DNA from: an uncultured bacterium
Lineage (GTDB): Bacteria; Zixibacteria; MSB-5A5; CAIYYT01
Length of the DNA stretch: 64,000 bases
Assembly (NCBI GenBank): GCA_963726455.1
Contig: CAVSCK010000003.1
Span: forward strand, 32,001 to 96,000
Direction: 5' to 3'
Shown: positions 27,319-38,310 of the stretch, one piece after another
Position numbering within the stretch: position 1 is the first letter of the stretch
How the letters are laid out: each line of letters opens with the position of its first letter
Made by a program: the position numbers and the translations under genes
Notes under the pieces: model-generated
What the model was told of the DNA's origin: nothing
Databases searched by the model: none
The model's input: the letters and a program-made list of their open reading frames with translations, nothing else

Positions 27319-28872
27319 TCAGGAGGAACCAACTGCATAAAGGCAATAGATACCTCTACGCGACACGAGGTGATATCCTACTCCAGCCGCAACAACGGTT
27401 GCGGAACCATTCGGAGCATCGAAGATCTGTTTGTCGGGGCGCGGGAAGTCCGTCCTAACCATAAATGGAGGATGAGTCAAACTGACGAAACTCAAGAGTG
27501 AGTCGGTTGAAGTCCAGAAATAGTCGATTTGATCTCGGTAGTCATATAGATCGAGATAGAGCAGGCGATGGTTGTAGTTTCGCGTATCGAGCAGCAAGCG
27601 GTCGCCGCCCGCGAGCGTCCTCCGACAGTCGTTCACGAAGTCGAAATAGTAAGTTGGCGGATTGGTCACCGGACTGATTGCGCGCAGCTTCTCGGCGATA
27701 GCATTCTCGCTAGGTCGGGAAAAGAACCCGAGACCTACCGGAACCAGTATCATCATCAGCGTCAGCGCCGGAATCACCCGGCGTCTCCATGAATTAGGGA
27801 TATGATCTAGCACAAACGCGACACCAACGCCAGAGAAACAGACGAAGAGGATCGTCGGTATCGTCGTGAATCGCGCCAAAGGGTAGCGCGACAGGGTAAT
27901 CACGAAGGTCAGCAGGTAATAGAAGATCATGACCGCAAACAGCCAGAACAAGACGTTAAATCTGCGCGATCTAACAACGAGATAGAAACCTAACAGTGCA
28001 AAGACAAACGCTATCGGCGCGCTCAGAAACATGATGCCTGGCAGGAAAGCGAAATGGTAAACATACACCATAAGCCCTCCGTATTGTTCGACGTTCTTGG
28101 CGATCTGCGGCGCATCGAGGTCATTGGCCATCATATACATGGGATTGCCGAACTTGATCCATTGTGCCCCCAGCCAGATAAAGACGAATTGGTGGCTGAC
28201 GAAACCGAAAAGGACAGCCTTGAGGCTGGCTGAGAGACGAACTCGCGGGACAGCCCCGCCGGTATCGCTGACCGCGAAAATCAACGCCAGTAGCGCCAAC
28301 ATGGAGACGAACGGCCAGCTGTCAAAACGCATCATATCTGCCCCCAATGCTGCAAAGGCGGAAAGCAACATATCTCTCCAACGGGACGACGCGCGATAGC
28401 GCAGGAAGAAATAGAGGGATGTAAAGAGGAAGAACAAGTTGATCCCCTCACTCGCTCCAATGGCGGAGGGATGGACAAAAAGTGTGCAGAAGCAAACCAG
28501 AAACGATGAATAAAATGCTGCACGCTTTTCGAAGAGGAGTCTCACTGACCAATAGAAAGGCAATATGGTCAAGCTCGTCAGGATCAGTGAGAGCACCCGA
28601 GTGGTTAGTGTCGGGTCGTTCCAGATGGTGAGAGCGATTGCATTCAGATAGCAGTGCATTGGGCCAAAGACCCAGGTCACGTCATTGGGGAGATAGATGA
28701 AGAACGGATGTTTCAACCACAGCAGCGCATGAAACGCACGGGAATGCGTGTCCCCGTCAAGGTAATTATGCGACAATGCCAGTGCGACGCCGTTGATCAG
28801 GAAGGCCAAGAGGACAATCACATATGGCTTATCATGCCATCTTCGCTCCACCGCAGTGATTGCATCGATCAT
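27319..28872 (-). CDS. GT-C fold glycosyltransferase (PMT/ArnT, GT39-like)
   Basis: Multi-TM protein with an N-terminal loop DGD, a SEG motif and RFD/ARF motifs. Confidence 0.7.
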   Translation of the reverse strand: MIDAITAVERRWHDKPYVIVLLAFLINGVALALSHNYLDGDTHSRAFHALLWLKHPFFIYLPNDVTWVFGPMHCYLNAIALTIWNDPTLTTRVLSLILTSLTILPFYWSVRLLFEKRAAFYSSFLVCFCTLFVHPSAIGASEGINLFFLFTSLYFFLRYRASSRWRDMLLSAFAALGADMMRFDSWPFVSMLALLALIFAVSDTGGAVPRVRLSASLKAVLFGFVSHQFVFIWLGAQWIKFGNPMYMMANDLDAPQIAKNVEQYGGLMVYVYHFAFLPGIMFLSAPIAFVFALLGFYLVVRSRRFNVLFWLFAVMIFYYLLTFVITLSRYPLARFTTIPTILFVCFSGVGVAFVLDHIPNSWRRRVIPALTLMMILVPVGLGFFSRPSENAIAEKLRAISPVTNPPTYYFDFVNDCRRTLAGGDRLLLDTRNYNHRLLYLDLYDYRDQIDYFWTSTDSLLSFVSLTHPPFMVRTDFPRPDKQIFDAPNGSATVVAAGVGYHLVSRRGIYCLYAVGSS

Positions 28873-28940
28873 GGTGTTAGTTTAATCCAAGTCAGAGTTT
28901 CTGTCAATAGATGTGTCGACGGTCTTCTGCAACTGCGAGA

Positions 28941-30799
28941 TCAATGCAACTGAAAAACAATATTCCCATCGTATTCGCAGATCTTGATGTACTCGCGCAA
29001 ATAGGCATCCAGTCTGATGGGATTGGCGCTCAAGAAATCCTTATGGACCACTATATATTTTACCTGACTCGCCACGAGTTGCCGGTTCTGAATTTCTAGA
29101 TTCGTGACGTTGAGCGTGTCGATCAATGAGCGTCCGATCTTGCGAGTTATCGCGCCGTTGACGATGGGAATTCCATGCAGCGTCTGGTACATCATGTAAC
29201 GGCAAGATTCGTCGTAACCTTCGGGCAGTTCGAGAATGCCGAAGTTTGTAGTGTCGGCTTTGATCGAATCATAACACTTCGGTAGCGAAACCTCGGTCGT
29301 ATTCGTGCAGACGATGGAATAATCGACGACCAGCAGAGCGGGCAAGATGATCATTAGAGCCATGCGGTTTCTTGCCGAAGCTCCGGATCTCACGAGACGC
29401 TGAACGGCCAGGACCACGATGATACTCCAGAACAGGTAAACGTACGACATGAAGCGCACCGGACAGCGCAGGTTGGCCAGGAACGGAAGCTGTGAGAGTA
29501 CCTGATCGGGGAGTCGCGCCGGTATGATGACGCCGGCAAAGTGAGGATTGATTCCCATTGCCATCAAGAGAAATGCGAAACCGCCGAGAAGATATGGCGC
29601 GACCGGCCGAATAGAATGTCGGAAGGCGATTATGACGACAACAATCGCCGCGAGTCCGAGGTAGGATACGGTCTCCCAGGGATTGCCGGTGAACATGCCG
29701 TTAAGACGGTTGACCAAAGGAATACCGCCGAGCCAATGCAGACTATTGGGAACGAACAACCCGAGCAGGTCGGTGACAAAACTGTTGTGGCCGGGGAGAT
29801 TCACATCGGCGCCGGCCATGCCAATCCGCATCATCGGTACCAACCAGGGAGACAGGATTAGCAGAGGTACGCCAATGATGACGGCCGATTTCTTTATGAC
29901 ATTACGAGTAGCAGCCAGCGGCGACGCCTGATTGCGAGATAGATGTAGCTAAAGAGTATGAAGTAACTAGCGAAGAAGAGATAGTTCCAGTCGCTCAGCG
30001 CGTTGAGAAGGAAGAAAAGAGTCGCCAGAACAAGATTTCGCGCGGTGCCTTCGCGAATGGCACGGATATAGTAAAGCACGAAGAAGGGCACAAATTGCAG
30101 CGTGTTGATGTGAAAATGGTGTTGAGCGCGCGCAAAATGGAATGGCGAAAAGGCGAACAGAAATCCGCCCAGTAGCGCCAGCCACGAGTTACGCGTGAGG
30201 TACTTGATCAGCAGGAATGCGCCGATGCCTGCCAGCGGAAAGCTATGGAGGATGATGAGATTGTAGGCGGCGACATTGCCCATTAGCAGTCGCAGCGGGA
30301 AAGTCAGCAGCAGATTGTAGAATGACCAGGCCACGTAGTACAGCGAGCTGCCATTCGGAAAGAAAAGAAAATTCGTGAAAGTCAGCGATTGTCCGCCCTG
30401 AAGCACTTTGTCGTTAGCCCACCAGATGTCCCAGTAGCCGACGATGTTGTCCTCGGGCGGGCCGATCAGGTGAGTGTTCAGCGTCGACAATGTGGGATAA
30501 AAATAGATCACGGTCAGTAAGCAGTAAATGCCGAGCGCCAGCCAGAGATCGTGTTTGATAAGCACTGGCGGATCGTTGGCAGGGCTTACGGAAGAATCGA
30601 TTTTGAGAAAGAGGTAGCGCAGCAGCCAGAAGACCAAGATTGCCATGATGAGAGTCAGCGGGAAGCCGACGATGCGAAGCCAGAAGGTTTCGGCAAAGGC
30701 GACCGGATATTGGTCTCCGAAGACCAGATAGAGCGGGATGGCGATGGCGACGAAGATGCAGAGGGAGAGGAAGACGATGAGGAGGAGTTTATTTTTCAT
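28941..30799 (-). CDS. YfhO-like multi-TM GT-C glycosyltransferase (frameshift near 29890)
   Basis: WDIWW, FFPNG, FAFSPFH, YLG, LRCPVRF and YQTLHGIPIVNG across ORFs 29894-30802 and 28941-29843. Confidence 0.65.
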
Positions 30800-30805
30800 C
30801 AACGA

Positions 30806-31187
30806 CCCTCACCCTCGGTCCCTCTCCCAAAGGGAGAGGGAGGGAACAAAACTTTGCGAAACAAGGAGCGACGCGGCGCACGAGGAAAATCTGCCGGACT
30901 GGAATATCCCTCACCCTCGGTCCCTCTCCCAAAGGGAGAGGGAGGGAACAAGACTTTGCGCAACGAGGAGCGACGCGGCGCACGAGGAAGATCTGCCGGA
31001 CTGGAATATCCCTCACCCTCGGTCCCTCTCCCAAAGGGAGAGGGAGGAAACAAGACTTTGCGAAACAAGGAGCGACGCGGCGCACGGGGAAATTTCCGGA
31101 CTGGAATATCCCTCACTCTCGGTCCCTCTCCCAAAGGGAGAGGGAGGGAACAAGACTTTGCGATACAAGGAGCGACGCGGCGCACGG
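30806..31187 (+). repeat. Tandem array of 4 REP-like palindromes (102/102/100-bp units)
   Basis: REP starts at 30806, 30908, 31010 and 31110, with near-identical linkers. Confidence 0.9.
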
Positions 31188-31244
31188 GTTCGGGAGTGAG
31201 AGTGCGGGGATGACAAAGTAGCGGATGGCATTGCATGGGAGTGG

Positions 31245-32415
31245 TTAGAGATTAGAGGCAAGGTAGGGTTTGACGATGAAATTGCGATAGTCTTCGGGGT
31301 TGCCGGTCTTCCCTGCCTCGGCGGCCTTGATGATGTTGTACGCCTCGCGCACGGTGGCATAGTGGAGCACGAATTTGGCGCCATCGTTGTACTGCGTTTC
31401 CAGGGCGGTCAAAGTCTGATCAAACGTAGTCCCGGTGAGCGCATCCAGATCGGAACCGCGACAACCGTGCGCATGAAGTTTGACGAACACCCAGTTGGGT
31501 TGACCGATAACGTGAACGTTCGCCTTGAGCCAGAGAGGAATACGTTTGGGCGACAGCGGATAGCCCTTCCAGATATCGCCATTTTCGACCGTGGGATGCG
31601 TCAGGTGCCGCCAATCAGTCCAATCGAACAGCAACGGACCTTGCAGCAGCATGAGGTCGCCACTGGGTGCTTTGCCAACCTGAACCGGTATGCCGTCATC
31701 GTACGATTTGGGCACGGCGGGATCATCGGTGACATAGTAGATCGAGTTGATGCGATGCGGCTGTGATGGCGTCAGCACGGCGGAAAAGGTGACGTCAACA
31801 AAACAGCCGAGCGACGCCAGAATTTTGATTTCGTCGTTTACGCCACAGGGATTTGGAGATTGGCTACGATGCGGAATTGTCGAGCGCCCAGTTGCCATGA
31901 ACGAAGGCAAAGCGCGTTTGCGGCGGGTCGTCGGTGGTGCGGCAGATTCCGAAGCGGGCGAAGTCAGCGAGGCCCTGCTGATACTTGGCGAGAACGGATT
32001 GTGAGGTGTCGTCAAAGTGGTGCAGTTGCATTTCGATTTCGACTAGCTTCTCGCGGCAGAGCGGCAGGAGCATTTCGATCTGGCTGTAGTGAAACTGCTC
32101 AATGGGATAATGCATGGTGCGGCGCACGGAATTGCCGAAACTGTCATGGTGGCCGTTGATCACAGTTCGATAGCGCGTAATCCAATCGGCGAGAAAGCGG
32201 GTGGAACTGCCCGGCTCGAAATGATCGGCGATCACGAGGACAATGTGCAAGGGACCGCTGCGCAGGTTTCGGTCGGGAGCGTGACGATAGTCACCCTTGA
32301 TATATGACGGGATCCAGAGGGCGTAGTAGCCCTTGCGGTAGATATACGCGAGGCGAATGATCAGTGCGAGGATCAGTGCGGCGATGGCCAGTATGATTAC
32401 CAGAACGACGGTCAC
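31245..32415 (-). CDS. Membrane-anchored hypothetical protein with His/Asp metal-binding motifs (frameshift near 31865)
   Basis: N-terminal TM helix, DHFEP, EMQLHH, FVHGNWALDNS, WVFVKLHAHG and REAYNIIKAAEAG. Confidence 0.65.
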
Positions 32416-32562
32416 AGAGTCAGCGCTCCGTTCTTCATTAAGTGCATACTGCGGCAATTATATTGTCGTCCGATTTAATGTACAAGGGTAATGTCGCTCG
32501 ACGAGTTGGTGAGTTTTAGTTGATTCAGTCAGGGGAAAAAGATAGCGTGAAATTGTCGAAAG

Positions 32563-32932
32563 CCCTCACCCTCAGTCCCTCTCCCGGGGGGAGAGGGAGG
32601 AAACAGAGTCGTAGCGAGGATGGAAGCGGTTCGCGAAATGAAAGACCCTCACCCTCAGTACCTCTCCCAGAGGGAGAGGGAAGAAACAGAGTCGTAGCGA
32701 GGATGGAAGCGGTTCGCGAAATGAACGACCCTCACCCTCAGTCCCTCTCCCACAGGGAGAGGGAAGAAACAGAGTCGCAGCGAGGATGGAAGCGGTACAC
32801 GAAATGAATGACCCTCACCCTCAATCCCTCTCCCACAGGGAGAGGGAAGAAACAGAGTCGCAGCGAGGATGGAAGCGGTTCACGAAATGAATGACCCTCA
32901 CCCTCAATCCCTCTCCCACAGGGAGAGGGAAG
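32563..32932 (+). repeat. Tandem array of 5 REP-like palindromes (83-bp units)
   Basis: REP starts at 32563, 32646, 32729, 32812 and 32895, with near-identical linkers. Confidence 0.9.
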
Positions 32933-33038
32933 AGAGCCCGGACCCCAGTCGGATAAGCGAATTCAGGATGGGTGACAGGAGAAGCCGGAGACCAAGAGAC
33001 TATCATTTCTTAACCAGATTCTGATTTACGGACTCGGG

Positions 33039-34541
33039 ATGGGGCTCAACTATGGAATAGGATATATCCTCCTCCCCGTCTACACGCGGCTTATGCCGGA
33101 GGCGGACTATGGGCGTCTGGAAGTGCTCGGCCGGACGATGGAGATTATCTCGCTGTTGTTCCTGACGCAATACGGAATCACCTACATTCGATTTTACAGG
33201 GACAAGACCGACGAAGAGCATCGGCGGCTGGTAACGTCGACGTGCATCTTCGTGGTAATTGCAGTCGCTGGCCTGATGGCGGCGGTAATCAGCGCGATGA
33301 GCGTGAATCTGTCGAAGGTGATGTTTGAGTCGCCCGTGTATTCGCACTATTTCGTGTTGTGTGCGGTGCGGTATCTGTTTCAGATGGCGTTCGTAGTACC
33401 GTTCCTGTATTTCCAGGCGACGGAGCAGCCGACCAAGTACATCATCATTTCCTCCGCCAGTTTCGCGACGACTTTGGGGCTGAATATTCTGCTGTTGTAC
33501 ACGATGAAGGATCCGGTCGCGGCAGTGCTCTGGGCGGGAGTGATCGGCAGCGGGCTGTTTGCGCTGGCGGTCGGAATACCCGTGTTCTGGCGGTCGGCAA
33601 GGAAACTGGATTTGGGAATCAGTTGGCAGATCGTAAAGTTCTCGTGGTCATTCACGTTTCTGGGATTCATGAGTTTCGTGATGAATAGCGGAGATCGGTT
33701 CGTGATCAATCGTTACTGCGGTGCAGCAGAAGTCGGGTTGTATTCGGCGGGATACAAAATCGCGCAGGTGCTGAATACATTCGTGTTCAGCCCGACGATC
33801 CGCGCCTGGACTGCGAAGATGGTGGATGTACTGCGCAAGCCGGAAGGCGTGAAGATGCTGGCGCGACTGACGACCTATGCGCTGTTGCAGTACACAACAT
33901 TGGGATTGATTGTGTCGGTTTACAGCCGGGAAATCGTGTCGGTGATGATGGATCCGCGCTACCTGGCTTGCTACACGATCATACCGATCATCATTCTGGC
34001 CTACGGCGCGGACGGCGTGCAGATGTTTATGGATAGCGCGTTTTACTATACGAAGAAGACGTATCTGAAGATGTGGCATGTTATCAGCACGACGGTCTGC
34101 CTGGTGTTGTATTTTCTTTTGATCCCGAAGTATTGCATGTCCGGGGCGGCCTGGGCAACGGCGGGCGCCTACGCCTGTTTTGTAATGGTGACGTGGTATC
34201 TGAGTAACCGGGCATTACCGGCGCCGTATGAGATCGGCAAGATGTTCAAGATCGTCGCGGCGGCAGTGGCCGTTTATCTCATCAACTATGGATTGGAAAG
34301 CTACGAGACGAATCACTATCTGTATATTCGAGTCGCTGGGGAACTGGCATATCCGTGGACATATTTGTTCATCGTGGCAGCGTTCAAGGCGCCGCTAATA
34401 TGGCTGTATGCGGTTCTGATACACGTAATGAGGATTCTGGAGCCGGACGACAAGGCGAAATTGCGGGAATTTGTCGATAGTTTGCGGAGTCGATTGCCAT
34501 GGGGCGCTGCTCCGCCAGTGGTGCCAAGGAGGATGGAGTAA
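33039..34541 (+). CDS. Wzx-like flippase, paralog of 24516-26081 (true start probably near 32968, obscured by a frameshift)
   Basis: TQYGITYIRF..DK.DEE.RR.VTST is shared with the paralog. The in-frame upstream sequence SFLNQILIYG matches the paralog N-terminus. Confidence 0.88.
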   Translation: MGLNYGIGYILLPVYTRLMPEADYGRLEVLGRTMEIISLLFLTQYGITYIRFYRDKTDEEHRRLVTSTCIFVVIAVAGLMAAVISAMSVNLSKVMFESPVYSHYFVLCAVRYLFQMAFVVPFLYFQATEQPTKYIIISSASFATTLGLNILLLYTMKDPVAAVLWAGVIGSGLFALAVGIPVFWRSARKLDLGISWQIVKFSWSFTFLGFMSFVMNSGDRFVINRYCGAAEVGLYSAGYKIAQVLNTFVFSPTIRAWTAKMVDVLRKPEGVKMLARLTTYALLQYTTLGLIVSVYSREIVSVMMDPRYLACYTIIPIIILAYGADGVQMFMDSAFYYTKKTYLKMWHVISTTVCLVLYFLLIPKYCMSGAAWATAGAYACFVMVTWYLSNRALPAPYEIGKMFKIVAAAVAVYLINYGLESYETNHYLYIRVAGELAYPWTYLFIVAAFKAPLIWLYAVLIHVMRILEPDDKAKLREFVDSLRSRLPWGAAPPVVPRRME

Positions 34542-34550
34542 GCGAACGAA

Positions 34551-34826
34551 CACACCCCTTTAGTTCCCCTCTCAAGAGGGGAATGAACACCTAAATGTTA
34601 AGAGTGCCGTGTTGTATGGCGCGCGACTTGACACACCCCTTGTGTTCCCCTCTCACGAGGCGGATGAGTTAACATAGGCATCAAACCCACCGCAAGCGGA
34701 TGGGGTACCCGTGAGGTTGAGAGTACTGCCGTGAGGAAAGGGTTTCGGACGACACGAAAAACCAAGGATGGACACGGACACAGGCGCACCCTCACCCCCG
34801 GCCCCTCTCCCAAAGGGAGAGGGGGA
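34551..34826 (+). repeat. Cluster of REP-like palindromes between convergent genes
   Basis: ACACACCCCTT.GTTCCCCTCTCA.GAGG at about 34550 and 34631, GCCGTGAGGAAAGG at about 34728 and a canonical REP at 34789. Confidence 0.7.
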
Positions 34827-34871
34827 GAACTAGGAATATCAATCGAGAATCGAGCGCAGTTGCGAGTCGGA

Positions 34872-35992
34872 TCAGGATTGCGCAATGAGATCTGCGTAGT
34901 AGGATTCGTGGTTGCGGATCATGGTTTCAAGTGAGAAGTCGCGTTCGACGCGGGCGCGGCCGACAGCGCCGAGGCGGCGGGACAACTCGGGATTTCTTCA
35001 GCAAGTCGATGAGCTTGGCGGCGAGTGCGGATGGATCGGACGGTGGAATCAAATAGCCGGTGGCGTCGGTGACGGATTCGCGGTTGCCACCGACATTGGT
35101 GGCGATGACAGGGAGTCCAGCGCACATGTATTCGAGGATGGCGTTGGAAAAGCCCTCGGAGGTCGAGGTCAATACGCCGATTCCGGCAGTGGCCAGAAGT
35201 GCGTGAACGTCCTGTGTGCTGCCGACGAATTTAATGTGATCGGTTAAGGAAAGATCAGAGGTCAGTTTCAGAAGCGGGTCGCGCAACGGGCCATCGCCGA
35301 CGATGACAAATCTGGCATCGGGAATGTCCCGGACGACTATTGCGGCGGCGCGAATCAGGGTGTCAACGGATTTGACAGGACGGAGGTTTGCGACCATGAT
35401 GATCGTCTTGTTGCTATTCTCTTCAACCTCTCCCCTATCGTGATCGTGTAGACGGAATCGGAACTCCGTTGTAGATAACGTCAAAGCGCGCGCGATCAAC
35501 TCCCTCCAATTTTGAGACGACATCGGCGACGGCTTGCGAATTCGCCAGAAACCTGTCGGGATAGCGATTGGCAATTCTGAGCAGCAGTTTCTCTTTGAGG
35601 GAGTAACTGTATCCCAGATTGCGGCGCGAGGAAATGATCGCGTTCACTCCGGCCATGCGCGCGGCTTTGGCGGCAACAATATGGGCTTCGATAAAGAATG
35701 TCTGGACGATATCAATTTTGAGCTCCCTCATTCGCTGAGCAAGCAGGCGGCGCTGTTGGAACATCGCGGGAGTGTAAAGACGATAGAGGTTGAGACAGGT
35801 GGTGTCGCAGACGAATTTGCCGCGCTGGATATATTCGCAATCTTGCAGACTGACGAGAAAGGGTTCGAAGCGTGAGCGGTCGAGATGTTCGGCGATGGTC
35901 AACAGATTTCGCTCGGTGCCGGCGCGGCCGTGTCCGAGCGAGCCGATGACGAACATGATCTTGATTTTCGATTTGGCGGAGTTCAAGATCAT
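34872..35992 (-). CDS. Glycosyltransferase family 4 (frameshifts near 35440 and 34995)
   Basis: AGTER, SSRRN, ANSQAV, IYNGV, VANLRPVK and EGFSNAILEYM..GLPVIATNVGG. The repaired end reads RDFSLETMIRNHESYY. Confidence 0.85.
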
Positions 35993-35998
35993 GCGCCC

Positions 35999-37006
35999 CT
36001 ATCGCTGTGAGCGCAGTGCGGCGACGATAAATCCCAATCCGTAGGCGACATGGACCGTCACGTAAATAAATGGCATGACTAACACCAGGGGTTTGCTATT
36101 CTTGCCAGCCAGAACAATCGAGGCGGCTGTTATCGCAATCAAGTAGATGGCGTAAGGTACGGAGACGATCATACCGGCTTTCCTGGACATCAGCCAAAGA
36201 AACGGAAGTGCACCCAACCCGAGAACGAAGAAGACTGGAATCAGTGTGCCGACACCGAGAGTTGACGGGTGCTTCCGGAAAAGCTTCCAACGGCCGTACC
36301 CGTAGCGATGGAGTTGTCGAAAGAGACCCGCAAGATTTTCTCGCGGAGCGCTCTTGATTGTCAGCCTGGGCGAAATCACCGATTTGAGCCCGGCTTTGTC
36401 GATTCGTGTATTAAATTCAACGTCTTCACAAGCATCAAAACTTTCGTCAAAGTCTCCGACCTTATCGAATACCCGCCGCCGGTATGCGGCCCCCGATGAG
36501 GAGGCTGGGACTACGCAATCACGGTCGAAATAGATGGTGGAGTCGAGCGCATGCCCCAAATTCGAGGAACGCACGAGCGAGACGGCTCGTTGAAAGTAAG
36601 TTTGTGGTTCGGCGGTCTGCGGCCCTGGACGACATAGGGCATCGGCGTTGTATCGTCGAAAGAGATCAACGGTATCCGCAATTAGCCGTCTTGAAGGGAT
36701 GCTACAGTGGCCATCTATGAAGAAAATGAACTCCCCACTTGATGCCCTCAATCCAATGTTACGTGCGGCAGAGGACAATAACCTCGGATTCTCCAAGATC
36801 ATGAGCCGCTCGAATTTGTTGCTAAACTCAGAAGCGATGGCCCTCGTGTCATCAGTAGATTGCCCATCTACCACGACGACCTCAAAATCCTCGCGCGGAA
36901 AGTCCTGATCGGCTAAATCCTGTAACACCTGACCGATGTATTTGCTCTCGTTCCGAACGGGAAGAACGATCGATATAACGGGTGCGGTCTTACCAGCAGA
37001 TTCCAT
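35999..37006 (-). CDS. Glycosyltransferase family 2 (ExoA-like)
   Basis: ISIVLPVRNE, VVDGQSTDDT, IDGH, CEDVEF and RYGYGR. Confidence 0.9.
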   Translation of the reverse strand: MESAGKTAPVISIVLPVRNESKYIGQVLQDLADQDFPREDFEVVVVDGQSTDDTRAIASEFSNKFERLMILENPRLLSSAARNIGLRASSGEFIFFIDGHCSIPSRRLIADTVDLFRRYNADALCRPGPQTAEPQTYFQRAVSLVRSSNLGHALDSTIYFDRDCVVPASSSGAAYRRRVFDKVGDFDESFDACEDVEFNTRIDKAGLKSVISPRLTIKSAPRENLAGLFRQLHRYGYGRWKLFRKHPSTLGVGTLIPVFFVLGLGALPFLWLMSRKAGMIVSVPYAIYLIAITAASIVLAGKNSKPLVLVMPFIYVTVHVAYGLGFIVAALRSQR

Positions 37007-38303
37007 GGTAATTGTCTCCTAATTGCGCCGGATGATCGCCGAAGCGCACGAAGTCGACGATTTCGCGATCCTTGACGCCCTTTAACGCGGAGAGATATTC
37101 CGGATCGTGATTGCCGATGATGATAACCTCGGAATTATAGACGACGTCCTCCACCGATGTGGCAAACAGCTTTTCGATGTGCGGAATCTCGCGCTCGATA
37201 TAGGCCTTGTTGGAGCCGAAGATGCGCGCGATGTTGACGTTGCGATCATAAATCAGGAGTTCGAAACCCTTGCCCAGCAGCCGTTCCGCCAGCATTACCA
37301 GCGGCGATTCGCGCAAGTCATCGGTGCCGCCCTTGAAAGCCAGGCCGAGGAAGCCGATTTTCTTGTGCTTAAACGATGTGACGATTTTGTAACCCTCTTC
37401 GAGTTGGCGCTCGTTGGAACCGGGTATGGCCGACAATAGCGGAGCATCGTAATCGACGCGTTTGGCCTGATACAGCAGACCGCGCACATCTTTCGGAAGG
37501 CACGAGCCACCATAGGCAAAACCGGGTTTGAGGTACATGCCGGAGAGGTTCTGTTTCGTATCGAGCATAAAGAGGCGCATAACTTCGTAGCCGTCGATGC
37601 CGAAACGCCGCGACAGAGTGCCGATTTCATTGCCGAAACAGACTTTCAGGGCGTGCCAGGTGTTGCAGACGTACTTGACCATCTCGGCGGTGCGAATCGT
37701 AGTGGTTTCAAACGGCGCCTGCAGAAATGAGAAGATGCGACGGACGACCTCGGCTGCACCCTCGGATTGGGTGCCGACGACAGTAAATGGCGGATTGTAG
37801 AAATCGTCAACCGAGGAACCTTCGCGCAGAAATTCGGGATTGAAGCAAACGTCAAAGTCGATGTAGACTTTCTTGACGGAGGATTCCTCCAGCATGGGAA
37901 TGACTTTTTCCTCAGTGGTACCTGGAGGAATTGTCGAACGGTATATCAGAGTGTGAAATCCGGACTTGTTCTTGAGTATCTGACCGATCTTCTCAGTGAC
38001 GCGCAGGACATAGGTCAGGTCGATGTCGCCGTTGTCGCGCGACGGCGTGCCGACACAAATGATGGAGGCCTCGGTTTCATTGATCGCGGCTTTGGCATCA
38101 AGGGTAGCGCGAAGGGCGCCACTGCCGACGGTATCGGCAATGATTTCGGCAATCTTCTCTTCGACGATAGGGCTCTTCCCGGCGCCGAGCTGCTCAATCT
38201 TCTCGCGATTGATGTCGACTCCGATGACTTGATGTCCCTGTTTTGCCAGGCAAGCGGCAGTCACCGCACCGACATAGCCAAGTCCGAATATAGAAATCTT
38301 CAT
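36990..38303 (-). CDS. GDP-mannose/UDP-glucose 6-dehydrogenase (AlgD-like)
   Basis: GLGYVG, CVGTPS, NPEFLREG, GFAYGGSCLPKD and FKGGTDDLRESP. Confidence 0.92.
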   Translation of the reverse strand: MKISIFGLGYVGAVTAACLAKQGHQVIGVDINREKIEQLGAGKSPIVEEKIAEIIADTVGSGALRATLDAKAAINETEASIICVGTPSRDNGDIDLTYVLRVTEKIGQILKNKSGFHTLIYRSTIPPGTTEEKVIPMLEESSVKKVYIDFDVCFNPEFLREGSSVDDFYNPPFTVVGTQSEGAAEVVRRIFSFLQAPFETTTIRTAEMVKYVCNTWHALKVCFGNEIGTLSRRFGIDGYEVMRLFMLDTKQNLSGMYLKPGFAYGGSCLPKDVRGLLYQAKRVDYDAPLLSAIPGSNERQLEEGYKIVTSFKHKKIGFLGLAFKGGTDDLRESPLVMLAERLLGKGFELLIYDRNVNIARIFGSNKAYIEREIPHIEKLFATSVEDVVYNSEVIIIGNHDPEYLSALKGVKDREIVDFVRFGDHPAQLGDNYHGICW

Positions 38304-38310
38304 CGTAACC

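Noticed and set aside
30551-31384. Repetitive ORFs containing PSPSVPLPKGEG or PHPRSLSQRERE
   Set aside because: These are translations of the REP array in several frames, not real genes.
30806-32932. The two palindromic tandem arrays as CRISPR arrays
   Set aside because: Linkers are near-identical within each array rather than unique spacers, the same palindrome occurs singly elsewhere, and no cas operon is present.
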